In this document: positions 18,744-27,494 of the stretch, in pieces | Layout of the letters: each line of letters starts with the position of its first letter | How positions within the stretch are numbered: position 1 is the first letter of the stretch | Origin: Myxococcota bacterium | GTDB lineage: Bacteria; Myxococcota_A; UBA9160; UBA4427 | Length of the DNA stretch: 48,435 nt | Reading direction: 5' to 3' | NCBI GenBank assembly: GCA_036336835.1 | Contig: JAYZFK010000049.1 | Span: 1 to 48,435 of the forward strand | Translations under genes and position numbers: made by a program | Notes under the pieces: generated by a model | Seen by the model: the letters and a program-made list of their open reading frames with translations, nothing else | The model's database searches: none | Told to the model about the DNA's origin: nothing

Positions 18744-18868
18744 CGCGTGCCGCGCCCACGGGATGACGGGTCCGGGACACGGGAGCCCCGGAGCCCCCGG
18801 TGCGGCGTTACCCTGGTGTCTCCACCGGCGACCGTCCGCCGAAGTGCCGCGATGCCAGGAGAGCGATC

Positions 18869-20149
18869 ATGCCGCCGACCCCGATGACCAGGATGCCGGA
18901 GCCCGCCCTCGAGTACGTGCCGATTCCGAAGTCGCGCTACACGGGCGCCGAGTTCGCGGCCCTCGAGTGGGAGCGGATGTGGACCCAGGTGTGGCTGATG
19001 GCCGGGCGCGTGAGCGACATCCCCGAGCCCGGCGACTACTTCACCTTCGAGATCGGCAGCGAGTCGATCCTGGTGATCCGCCAGCACGATGGCTCGATCG
19101 CTGCTCGCTACAACGTCTGCATGCACCGGGGCAACCGCCTGCGGGAGCCGGGGCGGGGTCACGTCGACCGGTTCAGCTGCCTGTTCCACGGCTGGCAGTA
19201 CGAGATCGATGGCTCGCTGGCGGCGGCGCTCGATCCCGAGTGCTTCAAGCAGGGGGTTCCCGCCGACCAGCTCAGCCTGCGCCCGGTGCTCTGCGACACC
19301 TGGGCCGGCTTCGTCTTCATCTCGCTGAACCCCGCCGCGGGTCCGCTGCGGGACTATCTCGGCATCATTCCCGAGCACCTCGATCCCTACGGATTCGAGA
19401 ATTGGAAGATCGCCTACGACTGCACCGTCGAGATCGAGTGCAACTGGAAGACCTGTGTCGACGCGTTCAACGAGGCCTATCACCTCTCGTCGACTCACGC
19501 ATGGACCGTTGCCTTCAGCGACGATGTGCGAACGGTCTACGACTGCTACGACAAGCACACGCGCATGATCTTTCCCGAAGTCCAGGCGAGCCCGCGCTTC
19601 GCGCCGCCCGGTACCGTGACCGACGAGATGAAGGAGATGTTCCTGAAGCGGGTGGGCGTGGACGTCGAGAACTTCGAAGGCGACGCGGATGCCGCGCGTC
19701 GTGCGTATGCCGAAGCCATCCAGAAGATGGCTCCGATGCTCGGTGCGGATTTTGGAGACCTGAACCTGTCCCAGATGTGCGACGACTTCCACTACACGAT
19801 CTTTCCCAACATCACGTTCAACACGCACAGCCTTTTCGTCTGGGTCTTCACGCATCGGCCACACCCGACTGACCCGAATCGCATGTACTTCGACTTCATC
19901 AACCTGATGAATACGCCGTCCCAGGACATCCCGCGGCCCGACAAGGAGCACTACTCCACGGCCCGCGGTGACACCCTGGACGGGAAGTGTGCGGGTGGCG
20001 ACCTGCTCGACGAGGATCTCTACAATCTGCCCCGTGTGCAGCGCGGCATGAATTCGGCCGCGTTCGAGCACCTCCACCTCGGCAGCCAGGAAGTCCGGAT
20101 CCTGCACCACCAGGACACGCTGATGCGCTACATCGAGGGCGGCGCGTGA
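18869..20149 (+). CDS. Rieske ring-hydroxylating oxygenase alpha subunit
   Basis: Rieske ligands CMHRG...CLFHGW and mononuclear Fe motif NWK...DAFNEAYHLSSTH. AGGAG RBS. Confidence 0.93.
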   Translation: MPPTPMTRMPEPALEYVPIPKSRYTGAEFAALEWERMWTQVWLMAGRVSDIPEPGDYFTFEIGSESILVIRQHDGSIAARYNVCMHRGNRLREPGRGHVDRFSCLFHGWQYEIDGSLAAALDPECFKQGVPADQLSLRPVLCDTWAGFVFISLNPAAGPLRDYLGIIPEHLDPYGFENWKIAYDCTVEIECNWKTCVDAFNEAYHLSSTHAWTVAFSDDVRTVYDCYDKHTRMIFPEVQASPRFAPPGTVTDEMKEMFLKRVGVDVENFEGDADAARRAYAEAIQKMAPMLGADFGDLNLSQMCDDFHYTIFPNITFNTHSLFVWVFTHRPHPTDPNRMYFDFINLMNTPSQDIPRPDKEHYSTARGDTLDGKCAGGDLLDEDLYNLPRVQRGMNSAAFEHLHLGSQEVRILHHQDTLMRYIEGGA

Positions 20150-20490
20150 CAGGGGGCGATCGTGCCGAAGAGGCCGCGCTTGCATGGCATCCGGTCCCGG
20201 TGCCGGTGCCGGCCGAGGGGCGGACGTGCGGCTTCGAGCTGGCCGGCTACCGCCTGGTGCTCTGCAATGCGCTCGGGAGCCCCTACGTGTTGCACGACGA
20301 GTGCCCGCACATGCGGGTCCCGCTGTCGGGCGGCCGGTTGCAGGGGACCGTTCTCGAGTGTCCGCGCCACGGTGGCAAGGTCGACGTGCGCGACGGCGCT
20401 GCGGTCGAGCGCCCGATTCGCAGGAGCGCCACCTGCTTCGCGGTCCGAGAAGGCGCGGCTGGGATCGAGGTCGGATTGCCCGCCGCCTAG
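20146..20490 (+). CDS. Rieske [2Fe-2S] ferredoxin
   Basis: GTGA overlap with the upstream stop. CPH...CPRH motif, 114 aa. Confidence 0.85.
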   Translation: MTGGDRAEEAALAWHPVPVPVPAEGRTCGFELAGYRLVLCNALGSPYVLHDECPHMRVPLSGGRLQGTVLECPRHGGKVDVRDGAAVERPIRRSATCFAVREGAAGIEVGLPAA

Positions 20491-20514
20491 TGTCGGTGCC
20501 GTGCGGTGCGGGCG

Positions 20515-21876
20515 TCAGGCCCGTCGGTCCAGCGTGTCCCGGATTCGTCGGTGCTCGGCTTCTGTCAGGCTGAAGCGCGTGAACAGGGTGACCCCGATCG
20601 CGAAGCCGATGAACGGCACGCCGCCAAACATCAGGAGCATGCCCGTCTTGGCGAGCTCCGTCTGCTCGGCGGCGTTGGCTTCGAAGCCGATCCACGTCAA
20701 GGTGAGGCCTGCCAGGAACACCACGACACCCGAGCCCGCCTTGCGCACGAAGTTCCAGGTGGCGAAGTACAGTCCCTCTTTGCGCTCGCCGGTCAGGTAT
20801 TCGTCGTAGTCGACGATGTCCGCCTGCAGCGAGGCGCCGACCACTCCTCCGATGCCCGTTCCGATTCCGGCCAGGACCGAGCAGGTGCACAGGTAGAGGA
20901 CCTCGCCCTCCCCGACGAAGGCGAGCAGGCCGAAGCCGGTTCCGGCGATCACCATCGCGATCAACCAGGTTCGCTTCTTTCCGAGCTTGCGCGACAGCCA
21001 GGGTGCTACTGGCGCCATCGACAGGGCAGGTAGGAGGTAGGCGGCGACCTGGTACGGGAAGATCGACTCGTCACCGACGATGTACTTGGTGACGAAGGGG
21101 CCCATGACGCCCAGGGTGGCGGTGCCCATGCTCTCGATCAGGAAGACGATCAGCAGGAGACGCGCGTGCGGGTTCTTCCAGACGTCGGCGAGCGCCGGGA
21201 GCGGCTCGGTCGCGCCCCGCTCCCGGTACTCCGGCCGCTCGCGCAGGAGCAGGGTGGAGACGACGATCAGGATTGCGCTCGCCAGTCCGCCCGCCACGGC
21301 GACTCGCGCGGCCACCGCGCGCGGGTCGTCGGCTGCGATGATCAGGCCCATCGCGATGATCGCCAGGAAGACGCCCAGCTGGGAGAAGAGCACGCGGACC
21401 GTGAAGACGCGCGTGCGGGCGTGGTGGTCGAGGACGAGCTCGGTCCCGAGAGCGCCGTGGGGGACCAGGAACACGGTGAGCGCGGTCTCGAAGGCGATCA
21501 GGCTCGCGGCGAGCCACGCGACGAGTCCCCAGCCCTGCAGTGAACTCGGCGGCGCCCAGATCAGAGCCGGTACCACCGCCATCGGCAGCGCTGCGGCGAG
21601 CAGCCAGGGACGCCGGCGCCCCATGCGCAACTTCGTCCGGTCCGAGAGGTAGCCGGTGAGCGGGTCCGAGACGGCGTCCCAGAGCCGCCCGACCATGAAG
21701 ATCGCACTGACGATGGCGGGGGAGATGAGCAGGACTTCGGTCGCGTACTTGAACCAGTAGGTGCTGAGCAGGAAGGCGGCGACCATGCAGCCGGTCAGCG
21801 GCATTCCGTAGATCACGACCGTCGACCACCCCGCGTCGTTCGTTCTGAGCCGGGGTGTTCCAGACGCCTCCGTCAC
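20515..21876 (-). CDS. MFS transporter, GPH/MFS_2 family
   Basis: WDAVSDPLTGYLSDRT..RMGRRRPW, ADIVDYDE.LTGERKEG, many hydrophobic segments. Confidence 0.92.
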   Translation of the reverse strand: MTEASGTPRLRTNDAGWSTVVIYGMPLTGCMVAAFLLSTYWFKYATEVLLISPAIVSAIFMVGRLWDAVSDPLTGYLSDRTKLRMGRRRPWLLAAALPMAVVPALIWAPPSSLQGWGLVAWLAASLIAFETALTVFLVPHGALGTELVLDHHARTRVFTVRVLFSQLGVFLAIIAMGLIIAADDPRAVAARVAVAGGLASAILIVVSTLLLRERPEYRERGATEPLPALADVWKNPHARLLLIVFLIESMGTATLGVMGPFVTKYIVGDESIFPYQVAAYLLPALSMAPVAPWLSRKLGKKRTWLIAMVIAGTGFGLLAFVGEGEVLYLCTCSVLAGIGTGIGGVVGASLQADIVDYDEYLTGERKEGLYFATWNFVRKAGSGVVVFLAGLTLTWIGFEANAAEQTELAKTGMLLMFGGVPFIGFAIGVTLFTRFSLTEAEHRRIRDTLDRRA

Positions 21877-22283
21877 TCGGGAGTCCCGTCGCAGGTGGGG
21901 AGTCCGGCAACCACCCAGCCTCGGTAGCCGCCGACGAGATCGGCCGCCCGCGTGAAGCCGAGGCGCTGCAGGTTGGCGGCCGCGAGGCTCGACGAGTAGC
22001 CGTCGTTACACACGACGATGAGCCGGGCGTCGAGTCTGGCGATCCGGGGATCGCGGTGGTCGCAGCCGGGATCGGCACGCCACTCGAGCAGCGTGCGCGG
22101 CACGTGCACGGAGCCGGGAATCGTGCCTTCGCGCTCGCGGTCCTCGCTGCAACGCGTGTCGACCAGCACGGCGCCCGACTCGAGCTCGCGCGCGGCCTCT
22201 TCGGGAGTCAGGCGGTCGATCATCCCGCGTGCCTCGTGCAACAGGTCGTCGATCGTCATCCGAGGCGGGTCGTTGCTGTGCAT
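21873..22283 (-). CDS. Rhodanese-like domain protein
   Basis: C-terminal part of track ORF 21873..23819: LVDTR...GTIPGS, VVCNDGYSS, DLVGGYRGW. Confidence 0.88.
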   Translation of the reverse strand: MHSNDPPRMTIDDLLHEARGMIDRLTPEEAARELESGAVLVDTRCSEDREREGTIPGSVHVPRTLLEWRADPGCDHRDPRIARLDARLIVVCNDGYSSSLAAANLQRLGFTRAADLVGGYRGWVVAGLPTCDGTPE

Positions 22284-22321
22284 TCGGGGAGTATGCACGC
22301 GCCGCGCCCTTCGGCGGGCGC

Positions 22322-23500
22322 TCAGCTGTCGGTCGGCAGGCCGAAGATCCGTGCCGCGTTGCCGCCGAGCATCGCCGCGATCGTGTCCGCGGCGACGCCG
22401 TGGCGCTCGAGCATTGCGACGGCCTCGTCCGGAGTCGAGGTGTCGTGGTGCGGATAGCGCGAGCCCCACACGCCCACCTGTCCGTAGACCTCGGGGATGA
22501 TCCCGACGCTGTCCTCCCACGCGTCGAAGGCGACGGCGGTCTCGCGCTCGAGCCAGAGGCGCTCTGGCTCGAGGCTGACGGGCAGCCGGCCCGGGAACAG
22601 CCACAGGTAGGTCTCGGCCTTCTCGAGCGCGAGCTCGAACCACGACGCCCCGGCGTGCGACAGGCTGAGCTTCAGCTTCGGGTGGTTCTCGAGGTGGCCG
22701 TAGTAGGCGAGCGCCAGGACCGCGGCCATGTTGTCCTGCACGGGGGCGATCGACGCCGCAATGTCGTGACCGATGTCGAGGTTCCCCGCGACCCGCTCCA
22801 CGAACGCACCGGCCGAGGTGAACTCCGGGTTCGTGCTGCCCACCGAGGGGTGGATGCACGCGACGAGCTCCGTCTCTTCGATCGCCTGCCACACCGGGTC
22901 GTACTCGCTGTGATTCAGGAAGCGGCCGCCGATGAAGCTCGGCCGCAGCAAGACTGCGCCGAAGCCCGCGCCCGCCACGCGCTCGATCTCTGCCAGGGTG
23001 CCGGGCACGGATTGCAGGGGCAGCACGGCGACGGGGTGCAGCCGGTCGTCTCCCTCGGAGCAGAGCTTCGTCACCCAGTCGTTGTAGGCGCGCGCGAGCG
23101 CCACCGCCGCGCGCGGGCTCTCGACCACCGGCAGGTGCTCGGCGAAGAGCGTCGGGTACACCACCTGGCGGTCGATGCCGAGAGCGTCGAGATCCCGCAG
23201 GCGCGCGCTGCCAAGGACGGCGCCCGGGTTGTCCTCGAACTCCGCGGACGGGTCGAGCTGTCCGATCGACTCGGGTGTCTCGCCCGGGCGGAAGCAGGCG
23301 TACCGGTTGAGCTTCGAGCGGTTGAGCGAACGCACCGCCTTGCCGTTGACCACCGTGAGCTCGCTGCCTGCGGGGCCGCGCTCGTACCAGAACGCTTCCT
23401 CGGCGAGGGTTCGTTCGTTGGCCGAGAGGAACGAGGTCCACAGCTCCGGCGGCTCGTAGACGTGGCTGTCGGCGTCGATGATCGGGAAGGCGTGCGGCAT
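22322..23500 (-). CDS. Amidohydrolase_2 family protein, atypical (SRYPH in place of SDYPH)
   Basis: DADSH, RAYNDW, CIHP. The C-terminal motif reads GSRYPHH. Confidence 0.88.
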   Translation of the reverse strand: MPHAFPIIDADSHVYEPPELWTSFLSANERTLAEEAFWYERGPAGSELTVVNGKAVRSLNRSKLNRYACFRPGETPESIGQLDPSAEFEDNPGAVLGSARLRDLDALGIDRQVVYPTLFAEHLPVVESPRAAVALARAYNDWVTKLCSEGDDRLHPVAVLPLQSVPGTLAEIERVAGAGFGAVLLRPSFIGGRFLNHSEYDPVWQAIEETELVACIHPSVGSTNPEFTSAGAFVERVAGNLDIGHDIAASIAPVQDNMAAVLALAYYGHLENHPKLKLSLSHAGASWFELALEKAETYLWLFPGRLPVSLEPERLWLERETAVAFDAWEDSVGIIPEVYGQVGVWGSRYPHHDTSTPDEAVAMLERHGVAADTIAAMLGGNAARIFGLPTDS

Positions 23501-23512
23501 GGGGTCTCCGGT

Positions 23513-24961
23513 TCAGTCGGTCATCATGGCAACGAGCTCGGCCATGTTCGTGCGCGGGTCCTTGGAGAGCTCTGCGAAGCGTGCGAGCTCTTCGCCCTGC
23601 GGGAACCAGTCCGGCCGCTCGAGCGGTGGCGCCTCGTCGCGGACGAACTGCTTCGGCTCTATGCGGTAGAGCGAGGCGGCGTTGCTGCCGAGCATCTTCG
23701 CCTGGGCTGTCTCGGGCACGTCGCACTCGATCATCTCGCGGATCGCGGTCCAGACGTCGGCACCGTCGGTGTGGTAGGCGTCCGACGCCCAGATCGCGCG
23801 ATCCTCGAAGAACCGCCACTGCTTGAAGGTCGGCGACTCATCGCCCTCGAAGGACACGAAGCACTGCTGCGCAAAGGCTTCGCTCGGCAGCCGTGTGGCG
23901 GCCGTCTTGCGCTCGCGCGCGTGCAGCTTGAAGAGCCGGTCGCAGTGGGCGAGCACGCTCGGCACCCAGCTCGCGTTCGATTCGAGGGTCGCCATGCGAA
24001 GCTTCGGGTAGCGGTCGAGGAAGCCCGACAGCAGTACCTGGACGAGCCAGACCTGCGCCTCGAAGACGAAGGACAGCGCCTGGGGGTCGATGCGCTGTCC
24101 CACCGCCGGATCGCTGGCGCGGGAGGTGAGTTCACCCGGCGAGACCACGTAGTCGAGCTGCTTGCCGTCGTAGTAGGACGACGGCTCCGGTGCGGGGAAG
24201 GTGTGCATCCCCAGCACCATCTCGCACTCTTCCATCGCGCGATACACCGAGTCCCAGCTGGTGCCGCTGCCGGCATTGCCCATCATGCCGCCTGCCCCGA
24301 TCTGGTTCGGGTACTGGTGGCGCGCGTCGATCGGGCGAATGAGCCCCATGCGAAAGCCCTTCGCCGCCGTGCGGTGGATCTCGTCCACCGTGTAGGCGGC
24401 GGACTGCAGAGGAAGCCACGCCGCCGGGAACAGACGCTCGGGCGACGCGGCGCAGTAGTCGGACGCCCAGTCGTTGTACGCCCGCGCGAAGCCCCGCGCG
24501 CCCTCGGGGTTCTCGCCGAAGGGCACGTGCATCACCATCATGGTCGGGATCACCATTACCTGGTCGATGCCCATCAGGTCCATGTCGGCGACGCGCGCGT
24601 GGGGGTCGACCGGGCCGTCGTGCTCGATCTGCCGGACCTGCTCCTCGTCGAGCTTCCCGGCCACGATGTCCATCAACAGCTTGCGGGTAATGGCCTTGCC
24701 CATCTGGGGGCCGGCCATGTGGATGGGGTTGTACATCGGCCGGAAGTAGTGGCTCGCGCCGCCCATCACGGAGCTGCGGCCGTTGAGGATCGTCTGCTTC
24801 TCGTCCTGCCAGTAGAACGACTTCACCGCCTCCTTGTCGGCCTCGGCGACGTACTCGCTCCAGATCTCCAGCGGGTCGTTGATGTGGGCGTCGCAGTCGA
24901 AGACCGGGAAGGACTTCGTGAGGCGACCGCCGTTTGCACTGGCGGGGCTGGCTGTGCTCAT
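23513..24961 (-). CDS. Amidohydrolase_2 family protein (long form)
   Basis: DCDAH, RAYNDW, GMH, LESNASW, ASDAYH. Confidence 0.88.
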   Translation of the reverse strand: MSTASPASANGGRLTKSFPVFDCDAHINDPLEIWSEYVAEADKEAVKSFYWQDEKQTILNGRSSVMGGASHYFRPMYNPIHMAGPQMGKAITRKLLMDIVAGKLDEEQVRQIEHDGPVDPHARVADMDLMGIDQVMVIPTMMVMHVPFGENPEGARGFARAYNDWASDYCAASPERLFPAAWLPLQSAAYTVDEIHRTAAKGFRMGLIRPIDARHQYPNQIGAGGMMGNAGSGTSWDSVYRAMEECEMVLGMHTFPAPEPSSYYDGKQLDYVVSPGELTSRASDPAVGQRIDPQALSFVFEAQVWLVQVLLSGFLDRYPKLRMATLESNASWVPSVLAHCDRLFKLHARERKTAATRLPSEAFAQQCFVSFEGDESPTFKQWRFFEDRAIWASDAYHTDGADVWTAIREMIECDVPETAQAKMLGSNAASLYRIEPKQFVRDEAPPLERPDWFPQGEELARFAELSKDPRTNMAELVAMMTD

Positions 24962-25254
24962 GCGGGTCTCCGTCTCGCGGGGCAGCGATGCGATTCGAGC
25001 GCGCATTCTGACATGGATCGCGTCCCCGCTCCCAGCCAACAGCCTGCCGGCCTACCCGCACGAGTGCACCCATGTCCAGCGCTCGGCACAGCGGGCCCAC
25101 TGCGAGCGCCTTGCGCAGATGGGGTGCCTAGCGCGTTCGAGCTACGCGACGCCGGGGGTCGGCTGAGAGTAGACTGATCGGACGGCGATCTGCGCCGACC
25201 CATGAGCTGCCCAGTGAACCCCGCGAACTCACCCCTACGCCCCGGTGTTGCGAC

Positions 25255-26919
25255 GTGAAAGAGCTGGCCGGGGCCGACGTAGTCGTCGTTGGATCCGGCG
25301 CCGCCGGGCTGACGGCTGCCCTCGCGGCCAGCGACGCCGGAGCCCGGGTCGTCGTGCTCGAGCGCAGCGAGCAGATCGGCGGCACGACGGCGGTCTCCGG
25401 GGGTGCGCTGTGGATCCCGCTCAATCACCACATGGCCGAGGTCGGCATTGCGGACAGCCGCGAGGACGCCCTCGCATACACACTCGCCCTGACCGCCGGC
25501 CGGGTCCCGCGAAGCCTGGTCGAGCGCCTGGTCGACAGCGGGCACGAGGTGGTCCGCCGGCTCGAAGCCGATAGCCCGGTGGCCTTCACTCCGTGGAACA
25601 TTCCTGACTACCGTCAGGAGCAGCCCGGCGCGAAGCCGGCGGCGCGCTCGATCGAGCCCGCGCTCTTCGACCGCGGCGCGCTCGGCGTCTGGGCGGACCG
25701 CATCCGGCCCTCCCCGATCCTGACCCTGCCACTGACCCTCGAGGAGTCGTCCTTCCGCTTCGCGCGCGATCCCGCCAGCATGCCCCGCGGTCTGGTCGCG
25801 GAGCGGATGGCGAAGGGCATCCTCACGGTCGGCAACGCGCTGGTGGGCATGCTGCTGGCGGGGTGTCTGGAGCGCGGCGTCGAGATCGTGACCGGTCTCC
25901 GCGTCCGCTCCCTGGTGCTCGAAGACGGCCAGGTGCGCGGCGTGCGCGGCGAGCGCAACGAGCACGAGGTACGCGTGCGCGGCCGTGCGGTAGTGCTGGC
26001 CTCCGGCGGGTTCGAGTGGAACCCGGAGCTGGTGTCCGCCTTTCTCTCGGGCCGGATCACCCACCCCCAGACGCCGCCCGCAAACGAGGGCGACGGCTTG
26101 TTGATGGCGATGGAGGCCGGCGCGAGTCTGGCCAACATGAGCGAGGCCTGGTGGTATCCCTCGGGCGTGGTGCCCGGCGAGCTCTACGACGGCCGCCAGC
26201 TGAGTCGGCAGATAGGCCAGGAGCGCTCGGGCCCCCATACTCTAATGGTCAACGGTCGGGGCGAGCGCTTCGTCAACGAGGCCGCCAATTACAACGACAT
26301 GGCAAAGGCGCTCTTCGAGTTCGACGTCCGCGCCTACGGGCAACGAAACCTTCCCTGCTGGGTGATCCTCGATCGCCGCTACCGCTCGCGCTCCCGTGTG
26401 TTGAGCGTCGCGCCCGCGGATCCGGATCCCGACTGGCTGATCCGCGAAGACACCCTCGAACGGCTGGCGCGAAGGCTCGGCATCCCGTCACACGCCCTGG
26501 TGGAGACCGTGGAGCGCTTCAACGCGCTGGCGCGGGCCGGCGAAGATCGCGACTTCGGCCGCGGTGCCAGCCGCTACGACCGGGCAACAGGCGACGTGCG
26601 CCTGGCGGAGCCGAATCTCGGCACGCTCGAGGAGCCACCCTTCTATGCGTTGCCCGTTCATCTCGGTGCGGTCGGCACCAAGGGCGGACCGAGGATCGAC
26701 GAGGACGGCCGGGTGCTCGACGTCCGCGGCCGGCCGATGCGCGGGCTGTACGCTGCCGGCAATGTGGCCGGCAGCCCAGCAGGCCCCGCGTACTTCGGCG
26801 GGGGCACCTCGATCGGCTGCGGCGTCGTGTTCGGCTGGCACGCCGGCCAGCACGCCGCGCGGCTGGGTCGCGCGGCTGGGTCGCGCGGACCCGTGAGCCG
26901 AGAAGACCGACCGGGCTGA
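25255..26919 (+). CDS. FAD-binding dehydrogenase, 3-ketosteroid Delta1-dehydrogenase (KstD)-like
   Basis: VVVGSGAAG, GGTTAVSGGALWIP, PDY, LASGGFEWN, RFVNEAANY, GTKGGP, GLYAAGN, YFGGGTSIG. Confidence 0.85.
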   Translation: MKELAGADVVVVGSGAAGLTAALAASDAGARVVVLERSEQIGGTTAVSGGALWIPLNHHMAEVGIADSREDALAYTLALTAGRVPRSLVERLVDSGHEVVRRLEADSPVAFTPWNIPDYRQEQPGAKPAARSIEPALFDRGALGVWADRIRPSPILTLPLTLEESSFRFARDPASMPRGLVAERMAKGILTVGNALVGMLLAGCLERGVEIVTGLRVRSLVLEDGQVRGVRGERNEHEVRVRGRAVVLASGGFEWNPELVSAFLSGRITHPQTPPANEGDGLLMAMEAGASLANMSEAWWYPSGVVPGELYDGRQLSRQIGQERSGPHTLMVNGRGERFVNEAANYNDMAKALFEFDVRAYGQRNLPCWVILDRRYRSRSRVLSVAPADPDPDWLIREDTLERLARRLGIPSHALVETVERFNALARAGEDRDFGRGASRYDRATGDVRLAEPNLGTLEEPPFYALPVHLGAVGTKGGPRIDEDGRVLDVRGRPMRGLYAAGNVAGSPAGPAYFGGGTSIGCGVVFGWHAGQHAARLGRAAGSRGPVSREDRPG

Positions 26920-26946
26920 GACCGGTCAGCTGGAAGGGAGTCTGTT

Positions 26947-27417
26947 ATGTCGAACATCGAGAAGCGACTCGACGAGCTCGAGCACCGAGTCCAGGACGTG
27001 GCCGCCCGGGATGCGATCCGCGAGCTGACGGCGGACTACTGCCGCCAGGTGGTGCGCGGCAGCACCGAGGGCATGGTCGCCCTGTTTACCGACGATGCGT
27101 CGCTGACGACGCACTTTCCCGAGCAGTCGGGTCAGGACAGCGTCGCATACCGGGGGGCAGCCGAGCTCCGCGAGGCCTACGCCGACCTGGGTGCGATGGG
27201 CCTGATGCCGTTCATCCACAACCACATCATCGAGCTGGAAGGGGAGCGGGCCCGCGGCTTCTGCTCCGTCGAGATTCGGTTGACGCAGGGCGGCGTGGCC
27301 TACACCGGGGCGGGCCATTACCAGGACGAGTACCGGCGCGTAGACGGGAGCTGGAGGTTCCAGAGCCGGGAGCTCTTCGTCTACCACTGGGCGCCCTACA
27401 GCCAGGGCTGGGCCTGA
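26947..27417 (+). CDS. NTF2/SnoaL-like domain protein
   Basis: AIRELTADYC, LFTDDA, HNHIIELEGERARG, GHYQDEYRRVDGSWRF. Confidence 0.88.
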   Translation: MSNIEKRLDELEHRVQDVAARDAIRELTADYCRQVVRGSTEGMVALFTDDASLTTHFPEQSGQDSVAYRGAAELREAYADLGAMGLMPFIHNHIIELEGERARGFCSVEIRLTQGGVAYTGAGHYQDEYRRVDGSWRFQSRELFVYHWAPYSQGWA

Positions 27418-27494
27418 GCAACACGGCGAAGCGCGCCTGCATGCAGCGCGGAGACTTCCCAGCCCGCTCCGTCTTCCGGCAGGAGGCCTCCGAA

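Noticed and set aside
18473..20890. 805-aa minus-strand ORF
   Set aside because: Overlaps the Rieske genes in antisense and the MFS gene out of frame. Arg/Pro-rich non-coding character.
22229..25177. 982-aa plus-strand ORF
   Set aside because: Antisense shadow of two amidohydrolase genes. It has no recognisable motifs, and such ORFs are expected in high-GC DNA.
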